24,000 nt of DNA. Origin: Bryobacterales bacterium. GTDB taxonomy: Bacteria > Acidobacteriota > Terriglobia > Bryobacterales > Bryobacteraceae. Both the position numbers and the translations under genes were made by a program. The notes beneath the pieces were generated by a model. It did no database searches and was not told the DNA's origin. It saw only the letters and a list, made by a program, of their open reading frames with translations. Of this stretch, positions 1-7,186 are shown in pieces; the first letter of the stretch is position 1, and each line of letters starts with the position of its first letter. The stretch spans positions 454,873 through 478,872 of the forward strand of contig CAVWOT010000030.1 of the NCBI GenBank assembly GCA_963756605.1. Direction: 5' to 3'.

Positions 1-159
1 AACGCCTCCATCAACGAAGCCAAGAAGCGTCTCATCCTCGATACCTTGCAGCGGGTCAACGGCAATCACGCGGAAGCGGCCCGCCTGCTCGAGTTACATC
101 CCAATTCCCTGCACCGCATTATTCGCAACCTGAACTTGAAGGCGAAGGCCGGTACGTAA
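1..159 (+). CDS. 3' end of a sigma-54-dependent (NtrC/Fis-family) transcriptional activator; the 5' part lies outside the window
   Basis: Frame 1 is open from the window edge to TAA at 157-159. It reads NASINEAKKRLILDTLQRVNGNHAEAARLLELHPNSLHRIIRNLNLKAKAGT, the typical C-terminal Fis-type HTH (HTH_8) of bacterial enhancer-binding proteins. It is absent from the ORF track because no start codon lies in the window. Confidence 0.7.
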   Translation, partial: NASINEAKKRLILDTLQRVNGNHAEAARLLELHPNSLHRIIRNLNLKAKAGT

Positions 160-564
160 GATGTTCGGCTCACCAGTCCCGACGAAATACGACGGACTGC
201 AGGTTCGGAATTCGTATCTTTGAATCCGCAGGGCAGCCCGCCCCTCCTCGACGCGTACGATCTTGCCGGCAACCACCAGGTTTAGGTTCGCAGAGTTGGA
301 CAGCATCACCGGCCATTTGACCCGCAATTCCACATGCGACCTCAGCTCCAGCGGGCGCTCGGTCGTAAACAGCGCGCCGCAACAACTGATGTTCAGCAGC
401 TCGCCCCACCCCGCATCCTCCGCAGTCCGGTAACGCACTGGAAGCGTCAATTCAAAGCGCAGGCTTCTGCGGTTTCCATCGCAGTTCGACGCACCCTTAC
501 GGGCGGGTATCGTCCAGCCCTTCCAATTGCAGAGGGGTTTTCCGGATGCTGCGGAGGTCGGCAT
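94..564 (-). CDS. PilZ domain protein (putative c-di-GMP receptor)
   Basis: This is the C-terminal 156 codons of the 94..1182 minus ORF, starting at the ATG at 564. An AAGGGAG Shine-Dalgarno sits about 4 nt upstream. Both PilZ signature motifs are present: RRSLR (RxxxR) and NISCCG (D/NxSxxG), within NRRSLRFELTLPVRYRTAEDAGWGELLNISCCGALF. The upstream part of the long ORF is antisense to the oxidoreductase gene and was discarded. Confidence 0.6.
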   Translation of the reverse strand: MPTSAASGKPLCNWKGWTIPARKGASNCDGNRRSLRFELTLPVRYRTAEDAGWGELLNISCCGALFTTERPLELRSHVELRVKWPVMLSNSANLNLVVAGKIVRVEEGRAALRIQRYEFRTCSPSYFVGTGEPNILRTGLRLQVQVANNAVQGIGM

Positions 565-750
565 ATGCTCCCTTAAGGCAATCGCAAGTCCAACACCGCG
601 CCCGAAGTTCCCATTGAGGATATTAGGGTTATCCGCGCACCGTCGGCGCCGCTGAGCATTCCGGTGAAACCGAAGTGTTTCGGCTTTAACCCGATGGTTT
701 GTGTGTGCGCCGCGCTTCGCCGGGGCGTAAGATGTAATGGGGAGGTTGTC

Positions 751-2247
751 GTGGCACACCGTTTCGGCAGGCGCTATTTCTTTTTTGGATCGCTGGCAGC
801 CGCGGTTCCAGTACGCGGATTCGGGAGCGTACCGTCGCTCAAGGGGTTGGGCTACAAGTCGCCCAACGAAAAGTTGAATATCGCTTCGATCGGCGCGGGA
901 GGCAAGGCCTATAGCGATATCAAGGGATGCTCGGCTGAGAATATCGTGGCGTTGTGCGATGTGGATGAGCAGCGCGCGGCGCGCATGTTCCTCAATTATC
1001 CGAATGTTCCTAAGTACAAAGACTTCCGCAAGATGCTCGACGAGCAAGCCAAGCAGATCGACGCGGTGATCATCGCTATCCCGGATTTCATGCACGCCAC
1101 CGCGGCCATGTGGGCGATGGAACGCGGCAAGCACGTCTACGTGCAGAAGCCGCTGACGCGCACAATCTGGGAGGCGCGGCAACTGCTTGAGGCGGCCAAC
1201 AAATATAATGTCGCGACACAGATGGGTAATCAGGGCTACTCAAACGAAGGCACGCGCCAGGCGGCCGAGATGATCTGGGCCGGCGAGATCGGGCAGGTCA
1301 CCGAGGTGCACGCCTGGACCGACCGCCCGATTTGGCCGCAGGGTTTGACGGAGGTCCCTCCTACCGAACCGGTACCGGCGACGCTCGATTGGGATCTGTG
1401 GCTGGGAATTGCCGAGAGCCGCCCCTACGCCACGGGCGGACCCGATTATAAATCGCCGCTCGGCGGGCATTTCTATCAGCCGGGCAACTGGCGCGGCTTT
1501 TACGATTTTGGTTGCGGCGCCCTGGGCGATATGGCTTGCCACATCCTCGGAGCGCCCAACCTGGCGCTCGCACTGGGCGCGCCGGCCAGTGTGGAGTGCA
1601 TTCAGATCGAGGGTCCCAGCCCGTTCATGTTTCCGCGGAAATCGGTGATCCGCTACGATTTTCCGGCGCGCGGATCGATGGCCCCGGTGAAGCTGTTCTG
1701 GCACGACGGGCTGGATGAAACGCCGCGGATTCCAGGCGTGCCGGATGGCGAATTGCTCGGCGATCTGCCCGAAAAGCGTGAGCCACGGCGGCGGTACGAT
1801 GAGGAACCACCGTTTACCGGGTTCATCGGCGATGTGTTTAACTATGACAAGTTCCTCGCGGTCAAGAACGATCCGAACGCGGAGAAACCCACACCGGATG
1901 GCAGCCTGTTCATCGGCGATAAAGGCATGCTCACTACCGGGACTTACGGCGAGGAAACCAGGCTGATTCCAGTCGAAAAGATGAAGGGCTATCAGTTCCC
2001 GCAGCCCCTGCTGACACGCTCGCCGGGGCACTACCACGATTGGATTCGGGCCTGTAAAGGCGGCGATCCGGCCTGCTCCAATTTCAATGTCGCGGTGCCC
2101 TTCGTGGAGTGGATGCTGTTGGGCACGATCGCCCTGCGCGTGCCCGGCAAGCTCGAGTGGGATGCGCAGAAGATGCAGTTCGCCAATAACGCGGAGGCGA
2201 ACAAATATTTGATGCCGGCGTTCCGCAAAGGCTGGTCGTTTACTTAA
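751..2247 (+). CDS. Gfo/Idh/MocA family oxidoreductase with a twin-arginine (Tat) signal peptide
   Basis: From ORF 664..2247. I place the start at the in-frame GTG at 751, preceded by GGGGAGG 5 nt upstream. This gives VAHRFGRRYFFFGSLAAAVPV, an RR-containing Tat-like signal. A Rossmann segment follows (LNIASIGAGGKAYSDIKG...VALCDVD), and YVQKPLT matches the EKP motif of the family. Confidence 0.9.
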   Translation: MAHRFGRRYFFFGSLAAAVPVRGFGSVPSLKGLGYKSPNEKLNIASIGAGGKAYSDIKGCSAENIVALCDVDEQRAARMFLNYPNVPKYKDFRKMLDEQAKQIDAVIIAIPDFMHATAAMWAMERGKHVYVQKPLTRTIWEARQLLEAANKYNVATQMGNQGYSNEGTRQAAEMIWAGEIGQVTEVHAWTDRPIWPQGLTEVPPTEPVPATLDWDLWLGIAESRPYATGGPDYKSPLGGHFYQPGNWRGFYDFGCGALGDMACHILGAPNLALALGAPASVECIQIEGPSPFMFPRKSVIRYDFPARGSMAPVKLFWHDGLDETPRIPGVPDGELLGDLPEKREPRRRYDEEPPFTGFIGDVFNYDKFLAVKNDPNAEKPTPDGSLFIGDKGMLTTGTYGEETRLIPVEKMKGYQFPQPLLTRSPGHYHDWIRACKGGDPACSNFNVAVPFVEWMLLGTIALRVPGKLEWDAQKMQFANNAEANKYLMPAFRKGWSFT

Positions 2248-2301
2248 AAGGGTTCGTCGGCGCTATGAGACCATAGTATCCTGGAAAGCGAGGGTATTGG
2301 C

Positions 2302-2634
2302 ATGGGCTGCGGTAGTGGATCGATGAATCCGGTGAATATAGAAGCGCCTGCCGGCGCGCGCATGGTGTTTTGCGTCAAGTTTCAACGGCAGTTGCCGGGA
2401 CTGGACGAAGTGCCGTTTGAAGGCCACCCTCTGGGCCAGAAGATCTACGACAACGTATCGAAGGAAGCCTGGAAACTGTGGGTTGAGCACATGAAGATGC
2501 TCATGAACGAATACCGGCTCAACCTCGGAACGCAAGAAGCGCAGGAATTTCTCCTGAAGCAGATGGACGACTACTTTTTCGGCGAAGGCGCGGCCCTGCC
2601 GCCGGATTACGTGCCCCCCCGCTCCAAACAGTAA
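2302..2634 (+). CDS. yggX: Fe(2+)-trafficking / oxidative-damage protection protein YggX
   Basis: MVFCVKFQRQLPGLDEVPFEGHPLGQKIYDNVSKEAWKLWVEHMKMLMNEYRLNLGTQEAQEFLLKQMDDYFFGEG is collinear with E. coli YggX ([53 protein letters not shown]...). The start is ambiguous. ATG 2302 has a GAGGG SD 7 nt upstream. ATG 2362 gives the canonical ~90 aa length. Confidence 0.85.
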   Translation: MGCGSGSMNPVNIEAPAGARMVFCVKFQRQLPGLDEVPFEGHPLGQKIYDNVSKEAWKLWVEHMKMLMNEYRLNLGTQEAQEFLLKQMDDYFFGEGAALPPDYVPPRSKQ

Positions 2635-2668
2635 CATCCCCGTTTCACCTTAAATCGCTGGGTTAGGC

Positions 2669-2686
2669 GCAGACCTGGAGGTCTGC
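2669..2686 (+). terminator. Candidate stem-loop 35 nt after the yggX stop (no U-tract)
   Basis: GCAGACC-tgga-GGTCTGC forms a perfect 7-bp stem with a 4-nt loop. The following sequence is CCCACAG rather than a T-run, so this is only a weak intrinsic-terminator candidate. Confidence 0.3.
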
Positions 2687-2756
2687 CCCACAGTTTGAAC
2701 CACACCGCAATTCCCGCCATCAGGGCACCAGATTGAAAACAAGCCAGATATTTGTC

Positions 2757-2783
2757 TTGACACATATCGCATATTGCTATATT
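2757..2783 (+). promoter_or_regulatory. Sigma-70-type promoter candidate for the XRE/flotillin/PspA cluster
   Basis: A perfect TTGACA lies at 2757-2762. An extended -10 TGcTATATT lies at 2775-2783 (15-nt spacer; the alternative TATTCT at 2780-2785 gives 17 nt). It sits in a locally AT-rich patch about 20 nt before ATG 2804. There is no clear SD, so the mRNA is probably short-leadered. Confidence 0.45.
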
Positions 2784-2803
2784 CTAATTACGATCTGCAA
2801 TAA

Positions 2804-3319
2804 ATGAAACTAGGCGAAAAGCTGCGGTACCTGCGGGAAATCGAAGGCGCGTTGCGTGGACGCAAGGGCGCGCTGACGCAGGCCGAAGTCGTGCGCTTGC
2901 TCCGGAAGGAGCAGCGCGAAACCATTAGCCAGGCATATCTGTCGCAGATCGAGAACGGCGCGCGGCCGCACTTGACCAACTCCAGCCGCATGCTGCTGGC
3001 TAAGTTTTACAAGGTGCATCCGGGTTACCTGGTGGACGACCCGGAGGGTTATCAGGAAGAGTTAATGTCCGACGTAGGCGCGCTGGAGGACAAGCTGGAT
3101 ATGTGGCTGATCAACGGCGCGGAGCGTTTTCGCGGCGACGCCGAACTGAGCCAGGCGCTGTTGCGCGTGGCGCGGCACCAGGATTCGCGGATGTGCCTGG
3201 TGTTGCTGGGCGCCATCCTGGATAACGCTGGCCTCGCCGAACGGTTGTTGCAGGTTTTGAAGCCCTCCCCGGCACCGGCCGCGGAGGCTTTGCCCAAATT
3301 GAGGAGGCGATCGCAATGA
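2804..3319 (+). CDS. XRE-family helix-turn-helix transcriptional regulator with an uncharacterised C-terminal domain
   Basis: The N-terminus KLGEKLRYLREIEG...LTQAEVVRLLRKEQRETISQAYLSQIENGARPHLTNSSRMLLAKFYKVHPGYL is an HTH_3/XRE pattern (SQxENG). The stop overlaps the next start (ATGA at 3316-3319). Confidence 0.85.
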   Translation: MKLGEKLRYLREIEGALRGRKGALTQAEVVRLLRKEQRETISQAYLSQIENGARPHLTNSSRMLLAKFYKVHPGYLVDDPEGYQEELMSDVGALEDKLDMWLINGAERFRGDAELSQALLRVARHQDSRMCLVLLGAILDNAGLAERLLQVLKPSPAPAAEALPKLRRRSQ

Positions 3320-3945
3320 CGTGGGCGGATTTCTATCTGATCTGTTTTTTGTTGGGCCTGGCGCTGAGCCTGTTGTCGGTGTTGACCGGCAGCGCGCACC
3401 TGCATCTGCCGCACGTGCACGTGCCGGGGCTGCACATGCCGCATGTTCCGGGCCTGCACGCGCCGCATCTGCATGCACCGGAGACGGCCGACGCCGAAGG
3501 CATACCGTGGCTGAATTTCGGAACCATGACCGCGTTTCTGGCGTGGTTCGGAGGCACGGGTTATCTGTTGGAACGCTTTTACGCGGTCTGGTTCCTGGTG
3601 GCGCTGGCTATCGCGGCGTTGAGCGGACTGGGCGGCGCGGCGATCGTTTTCTGGTTCCTGTCGAAGCTGGCGTCGGATGATGCAGCCCTGGATCCGGCGG
3701 ACTATGAAATGGTTGGCGTGTTGGGAAAGCTCAGTATTCCGATCCGCGAAGGCGGGACCGGCGAGATGATCTTCTCGCAGGAGGGCGTACGCCATGTTAC
3801 CGGCGCGCGCTCGGACGATGGGACGGCCATACCGAAGGGCGCCGAAGTAGTGGTCGAGCGGTATGAGAAGGGCATCGCCTACGTGCGCCGTTGGGAAGAC
3901 CTGGCGGGCAGCGCGGAGGATTTGGCCGTGAAGCAAGGGCAGTAA
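3316..3945 (+). CDS. NfeD/YqiJ-like membrane protein (flotillin-associated, C-terminal OB-fold)
   Basis: An N-terminal TM helix and a His/Pro-rich loop are followed by two more hydrophobic helices. The C-terminal soluble NfeD-like segment is GVLGKLSIPIREGGTGEMIFSQEGVRHVTGARSDDGTAIPKGAEVVVERYEKGIAYVRRWE. Its position directly upstream of a flotillin gene matches the E. coli yqiJ-yqiK and B. subtilis nfeD2-floT arrangement. Confidence 0.8.
   Translation: MTWADFYLICFLLGLALSLLSVLTGSAHLHLPHVHVPGLHMPHVPGLHAPHLHAPETADAEGIPWLNFGTMTAFLAWFGGTGYLLERFYAVWFLVALAIAALSGLGGAAIVFWFLSKLASDDAALDPADYEMVGVLGKLSIPIREGGTGEMIFSQEGVRHVTGARSDDGTAIPKGAEVVVERYEKGIAYVRRWEDLAGSAEDLAVKQGQ
3397..3480 (+). repeat. His/Pro-rich low-complexity segment inside the NfeD-like CDS, including two imperfect 24-nt tandem units
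   Basis: It encodes HLHLPHVHVPGLHMPHVPGLHAPHLHAP, with 9 His in 28 aa. Units 3424-3447 (ccggggctgcacatgccgcatgtt) and 3448-3471 (ccgggcctgcacgcgccgcatctg) match at 19 of 24 positions. Confidence 0.7.
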
Positions 3946-3984
3946 GCGGCCGGCCACAATTCATAAGGCTCTAAAAGGAGACGT

Positions 3985-5424
3985 ATGCAGAAGGACATGG
4001 TAGTGGTGGTCGTGTTGTTGATGTTGCTGGCGATCGTGTTGATCGCCTCGATGCTGGCGCGGCTGTATCGCAAGGCGGGCCCGCATGAAGCGCTGATCGT
4101 TTACGGGCGCAAGGGCACGCGCATTGTCAAAGGTCGCGGAACAGTCATTTGGCCCGTGGTCGAGAGTTACAAGAGCCTATCGCTGGAGCTGATGTCGTTC
4201 GACGTGGCGCCGCAGCAGGACCTCTACACCCGCCAAGGTGTGGCGGTAACGGTGGAAGCTGTGGCGCAGATCAAAGTGAAGTCCGACCCGGAATCGATTC
4301 AGACTGCCGCCGAGCAGTTTCTGACCAAGACGGACCAGGAGCGCGAGGGACTGATCCGGCTGGTGATGGAAGGCCATCTGCGCGGGATTATCGGGCAGTT
4401 GACGGTGGAAGAGATCGTGAAGCAGCCGGAAATGGTGGGCGACCGCATGCGCTCCACCTGCGCCGATGACATGAACAAGATGGGACTGGAAGTGATTTCG
4501 TTCACCATCAAGGAAGTCCGCGACAAGAACGAATACATCTCGAACATGGGCAGGCCGGACGTGGCCCGCATCAAGCGCGATGCCGATGTCGCCGCCGCCG
4601 AGGCCGAGCGCGACACGGCCATCAAGCGCGCGGAAGCCACCCGCGCCGCCGCGGTAGCCAAGGCGCAAGCCGATCAGGAACGCGTGCTGGCCGAGACCCT
4701 GTCGCAGGCCAAGCAGGCCGAAGCCACGCGCGATCTGGAGATCAAGAAGGCCAACTACAACGAGACGATCAAGAAGCAGCAGGCCAGCGCCGATAAAGCC
4801 TACGAGATCCAGACCAACGTGATGCAGCAACAGGTGATCACGGAGCAGGTGAAGATCCAGCAGGTGCAGAAGGAACACGAGGTCGCCGTGCAGGACGCAG
4901 AGATCCAGCGCCGCGAACGTGAACTGATTGCCACCGTGTTGAAGCCGGCCGAGATCGAGCGCCAGCGCATCGAGACGCTGGCCCAGGCGCAGAAGCAGAA
5001 GCTGGAGTTGGAAGCCCAAGGCCAGGCGGCGGCTATTCGCACGCAAGGCGAGGCCGAAGCCGAGATCATCTTCAAGAAGGGCGACGCCGAAGCTCGCGCC
5101 ATGAACGTGAAAGCCGCGGCGTACCAGGAATATAACCAGGCCGCGGTGGTGGACAAGCTGATCACGGGCTTGCCTGAAATCGTGCGCGCGCTGGCCGCGC
5201 CGCTGGCCAACGTGGATAGGATCACCATCGTCTCGACCGGCGATGGCCACGCGGCCGGAATGAATAAGATCACCGGAGATATGGCCGCCATGGCGGCGCA
5301 GATTCCCGCGCTGTTTGAAAGCCTCTCCGGCATGAATATGTCCGAGCTGTTCTCCAAGGTCAAACAGATCGGCGAGAACAAAAACAAACCGCCCGTGGAC
5401 AAGGCCAACGGAGCGGGTGCTTAA
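3985..5424 (+). CDS. Flotillin-family SPFH/Band-7 protein (FloT/YqiK-like)
   Basis: AAGGAG SD lies 4 nt upstream. The protein has an N-terminal membrane anchor (VVVVVLLMLLAIVLIASML) and an SPFH core (ALIVYGRKG...SLSLELMSFDV...TRQGVAVTVEAVAQIKV...VEEIVKQPE). A long A/E/Q/K-rich flotillin coiled coil follows, then a C-terminal ITIVSTGDG segment. Confidence 0.92.
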   Translation: MQKDMVVVVVLLMLLAIVLIASMLARLYRKAGPHEALIVYGRKGTRIVKGRGTVIWPVVESYKSLSLELMSFDVAPQQDLYTRQGVAVTVEAVAQIKVKSDPESIQTAAEQFLTKTDQEREGLIRLVMEGHLRGIIGQLTVEEIVKQPEMVGDRMRSTCADDMNKMGLEVISFTIKEVRDKNEYISNMGRPDVARIKRDADVAAAEAERDTAIKRAEATRAAAVAKAQADQERVLAETLSQAKQAEATRDLEIKKANYNETIKKQQASADKAYEIQTNVMQQQVITEQVKIQQVQKEHEVAVQDAEIQRRERELIATVLKPAEIERQRIETLAQAQKQKLELEAQGQAAAIRTQGEAEAEIIFKKGDAEARAMNVKAAAYQEYNQAAVVDKLITGLPEIVRALAAPLANVDRITIVSTGDGHAAGMNKITGDMAAMAAQIPALFESLSGMNMSELFSKVKQIGENKNKPPVDKANGAGA

Positions 5425-5437
5425 CGGGAGCGTTGCG

Positions 5438-5458
5438 GGGGCCGGCGCGTCCGGCCCC
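5438..5458 (+). other. GC-rich intercistronic hairpin between the flotillin and pspA genes
   Basis: GGGGCCGG-cgcgt-CCGGCCCC forms a perfect 8-bp all-G:C stem with a 5-nt loop. It lies 14 nt after the flotillin TAA and is followed by AATTTAAAAAAGGAAAA and the pspA SD. Confidence 0.5.
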
Positions 5459-5480
5459 AATTTAAAAAAGGAAAACGATT

Positions 5481-6137
5481 ATGGCACTACTGGAAAGAGT
5501 ATCCACATTGGTTCGCGCGAATCTTAACGACCTCATCGATAAGGCCGAAGATCCGGAAAAAATGATTAAGCAGGTGATTCTCGACATGCAGAATCAATTG
5601 CTGCAGGTGAAAACACAGGTGGCTATCGCCATCGCCGATCAGCACGTGCTCGAGAAGAAGCATCAGGAGAACGAAGAGAAGACCGCGGAATGGGTGCGCA
5701 AAGCGGAGATGGCCGTGGATAAGAAACAGGACGACCTGGCACGCGTGGCGCTCGAGCGCTCGGTGAGCTACCGCAACATGTCCGAGAGCTTCCGGCAGCA
5801 GGTGGCGGATCAGCGGACGCAGGTGGACAATTTGAAATCCGCCCTGCAGAAGCTGGACCAGAAACTGGCGGAGGCGCAGGCCAAGAAGGATGTGCTGATC
5901 GCGCAGCATCGCCGCGCGCGGGCCGCCACTAAGGCCACGGACGCGCAGTTCGCCACCAGCGATCATTCGACGGGCGCTACGTTCGACCGGATGAAGGACA
6001 AAGTGCGCCACAGCGAAGCCGTCAGCCAGGCCAAGGCGGAGCTATTGAAGGACGACGTGGAGGAGCAACTGGCGGCGCTGGAGAAGCATGACCAGATCGA
6101 GAAGATGCTGGCGGATATGAAGGCGAAGCGGGGCTGA
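5481..6137 (+). CDS. pspA: PspA/IM30 (phage shock protein A / Vipp1) family protein
   Basis: The N-terminus MALLERVSTLVRANLNDLIDKAEDPEKMIKQVILDMQNQLLQVKTQVAIAIA is the hallmark PspA/IM30 start. The rest is continuous coiled coil. An AAGGAA SD lies upstream. Confidence 0.92.
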   Translation: MALLERVSTLVRANLNDLIDKAEDPEKMIKQVILDMQNQLLQVKTQVAIAIADQHVLEKKHQENEEKTAEWVRKAEMAVDKKQDDLARVALERSVSYRNMSESFRQQVADQRTQVDNLKSALQKLDQKLAEAQAKKDVLIAQHRRARAATKATDAQFATSDHSTGATFDRMKDKVRHSEAVSQAKAELLKDDVEEQLAALEKHDQIEKMLADMKAKRG

Positions 6138-6188
6138 AGGCTGCCGGCAGGCCCGCTGGTGGGCAGGCCGCGCGCGAAGGAGCATGCG

Positions 6189-6578
6189 ATGACGTCCATG
6201 GAAATTCTATTGCTGTTGGCGATCGCCGCGCTGGTCTACCAGGAAATTTCCTGGCGAGACAAAGCGCGGCGCATCCAGGCCGATTACGAAAAGCGCATTT
6301 CGACCGAGGTGGCAATGGCGTACGAAACCAGCCTGGCAGAAGACGAGATTCCCGCCCGCGCACTGACTTTTCAAGCCGAGAAACAGGAGCCGCGCGGATT
6401 GTTCCACGAAGTGACCCGCCACTTGTTCATCGCGGTCGCCATGCATGGAGACGCGGTGAAGTATGCGGCCGGCGACTTGAATGAGATCGAACGGTTCAGC
6501 ATTCCGCCGGAAATCAAACGGGCGCTGCTCGAATTTGTGTCGCCGGCGCGGGAGGTGGCGTTGGGGGTGAGGCGGTGA
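6189..6578 (+). CDS. Hypothetical small N-terminally membrane-anchored protein, last gene of the PspA cluster
   Basis: From ORF 6159..6578. I prefer ATG 6189, which has GAAGGAG 6 nt upstream. This gives MTSMEILLLLAIAALVYQEISW, a single TM helix, followed by a charged soluble part of about 105 aa. I recognise no family. Confidence 0.55.
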   Translation: MTSMEILLLLAIAALVYQEISWRDKARRIQADYEKRISTEVAMAYETSLAEDEIPARALTFQAEKQEPRGLFHEVTRHLFIAVAMHGDAVKYAAGDLNEIERFSIPPEIKRALLEFVSPAREVALGVRR

Positions 6579-6967
6579 TGAAAGGCTGCGGTGCCGGCTG
6601 ATCTATCCGGACTTGGGATGCGCACACGCGGGATCGGCGGCATAATATCCGGAGCAGGCTTCCAGAAATCTACGCCGAACCAAGCAATCCGATGGCACTC
6701 ACGCCGCGGAACAGCCGGTCGCGCCGAAAGTGATCAGGATAAAGATGGCCGCCCGCTGGCGCAATCGTTTCGCGGCTGGGAGCCTCTCATCGCGCTCTAT
6801 AAGAAAAGGACCAGCCGCAATCTCTGGGAACCGGTCTGACCGGGGCGTCGCGTCGAGCCGAGAATCGCTGGCCATCGCGCCCCGGACCGGGATTCGTTTA
6901 AGATTATGCGCTCGTATGTCGCCCGCGGACCGCGCCGATAGGTTGCGGGCGTTTCACCAAGTTGTCT

Positions 6968-7186
6968 TCAAGGCCGGTACTCGCGCCAAATCCGGATCAG
7001 CTTGTCCCAACCCGATGAATCGGCCTTGAGCCCTAAAGCGCCCATAGCCCCGACGAAATCGTCCGTATCGCGCATGGGTTCCTGTCGCCGTCTGCTGGCG
7101 TTCGAGGCGGACCGGCCGCCGCACCGGCTCAGCTCCTCGCGCCTCACATCCTCCACGTTTGAGCTTTCGTCATGCTTCTTGTCCAT
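6968..7186 (-). CDS. Possible small hypothetical protein (72 aa); may be non-functional
   Basis: This is an internal ATG of minus ORF 6968..7354 with an AGGAG 8 nt upstream. It encodes MDKKHDESSNVEDVRREELSRCGGRSASNASRRRQEPMRDTDDFVGAMGALGLKADSSGWDKLIRIWREYRP. I recognise no family, and it sits in the decayed region. Confidence 0.25.
   Translation of the reverse strand: MDKKHDESSNVEDVRREELSRCGGRSASNASRRRQEPMRDTDDFVGAMGALGLKADSSGWDKLIRIWREYRP

Noticed and set aside
664-750. Upstream ATG start (664) for the oxidoreductase, and ATG 6159 for the small membrane protein
   Set aside because: The internal starts (GTG 751 after GGGGAGG; ATG 6189 after GAAGGAG) have much better ribosome-binding sites. 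They also give sensible Tat-signal and TM N-termini. The upstream codons add Cys/Arg-rich or charged junk.
565-1182. N-terminal 206 codons of the 362-aa minus ORF 94..1182
   Set aside because: From 664 onward this part is antisense to the well-supported Gfo/Idh/MocA gene. It is R/H/A-rich with no recognisable motif. Only the last 156 codons, from ATG 564 with its own SD, form a coherent PilZ domain.
3052-3957. 301-aa minus-strand ORF across the XRE and NfeD genes
   Set aside because: It is antisense to two genes with clear family signatures. Its R/Q/A-rich composition is typical of spurious high-GC antisense ORFs.
4177-5460. 427-aa minus-strand ORF (also 4299..4661 and 4800..5408)
   Set aside because: It is the mirror image of the flotillin gene. 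Its L/R/G/H-rich low-complexity translation is what the reverse complement of an A/E/Q/K coiled coil produces in a high-GC genome. It has no start context and no motifs.
6699-6875. 58-aa minus-strand ORF with a lipoprotein-like signal (KRLRQRAAIFILITFGATGC|SAA)
   Set aside because: It hits TGA three codons after the lipobox Cys, so it cannot encode a mature protein. It is probably another remnant in the decay island, and I cannot support it as a gene.
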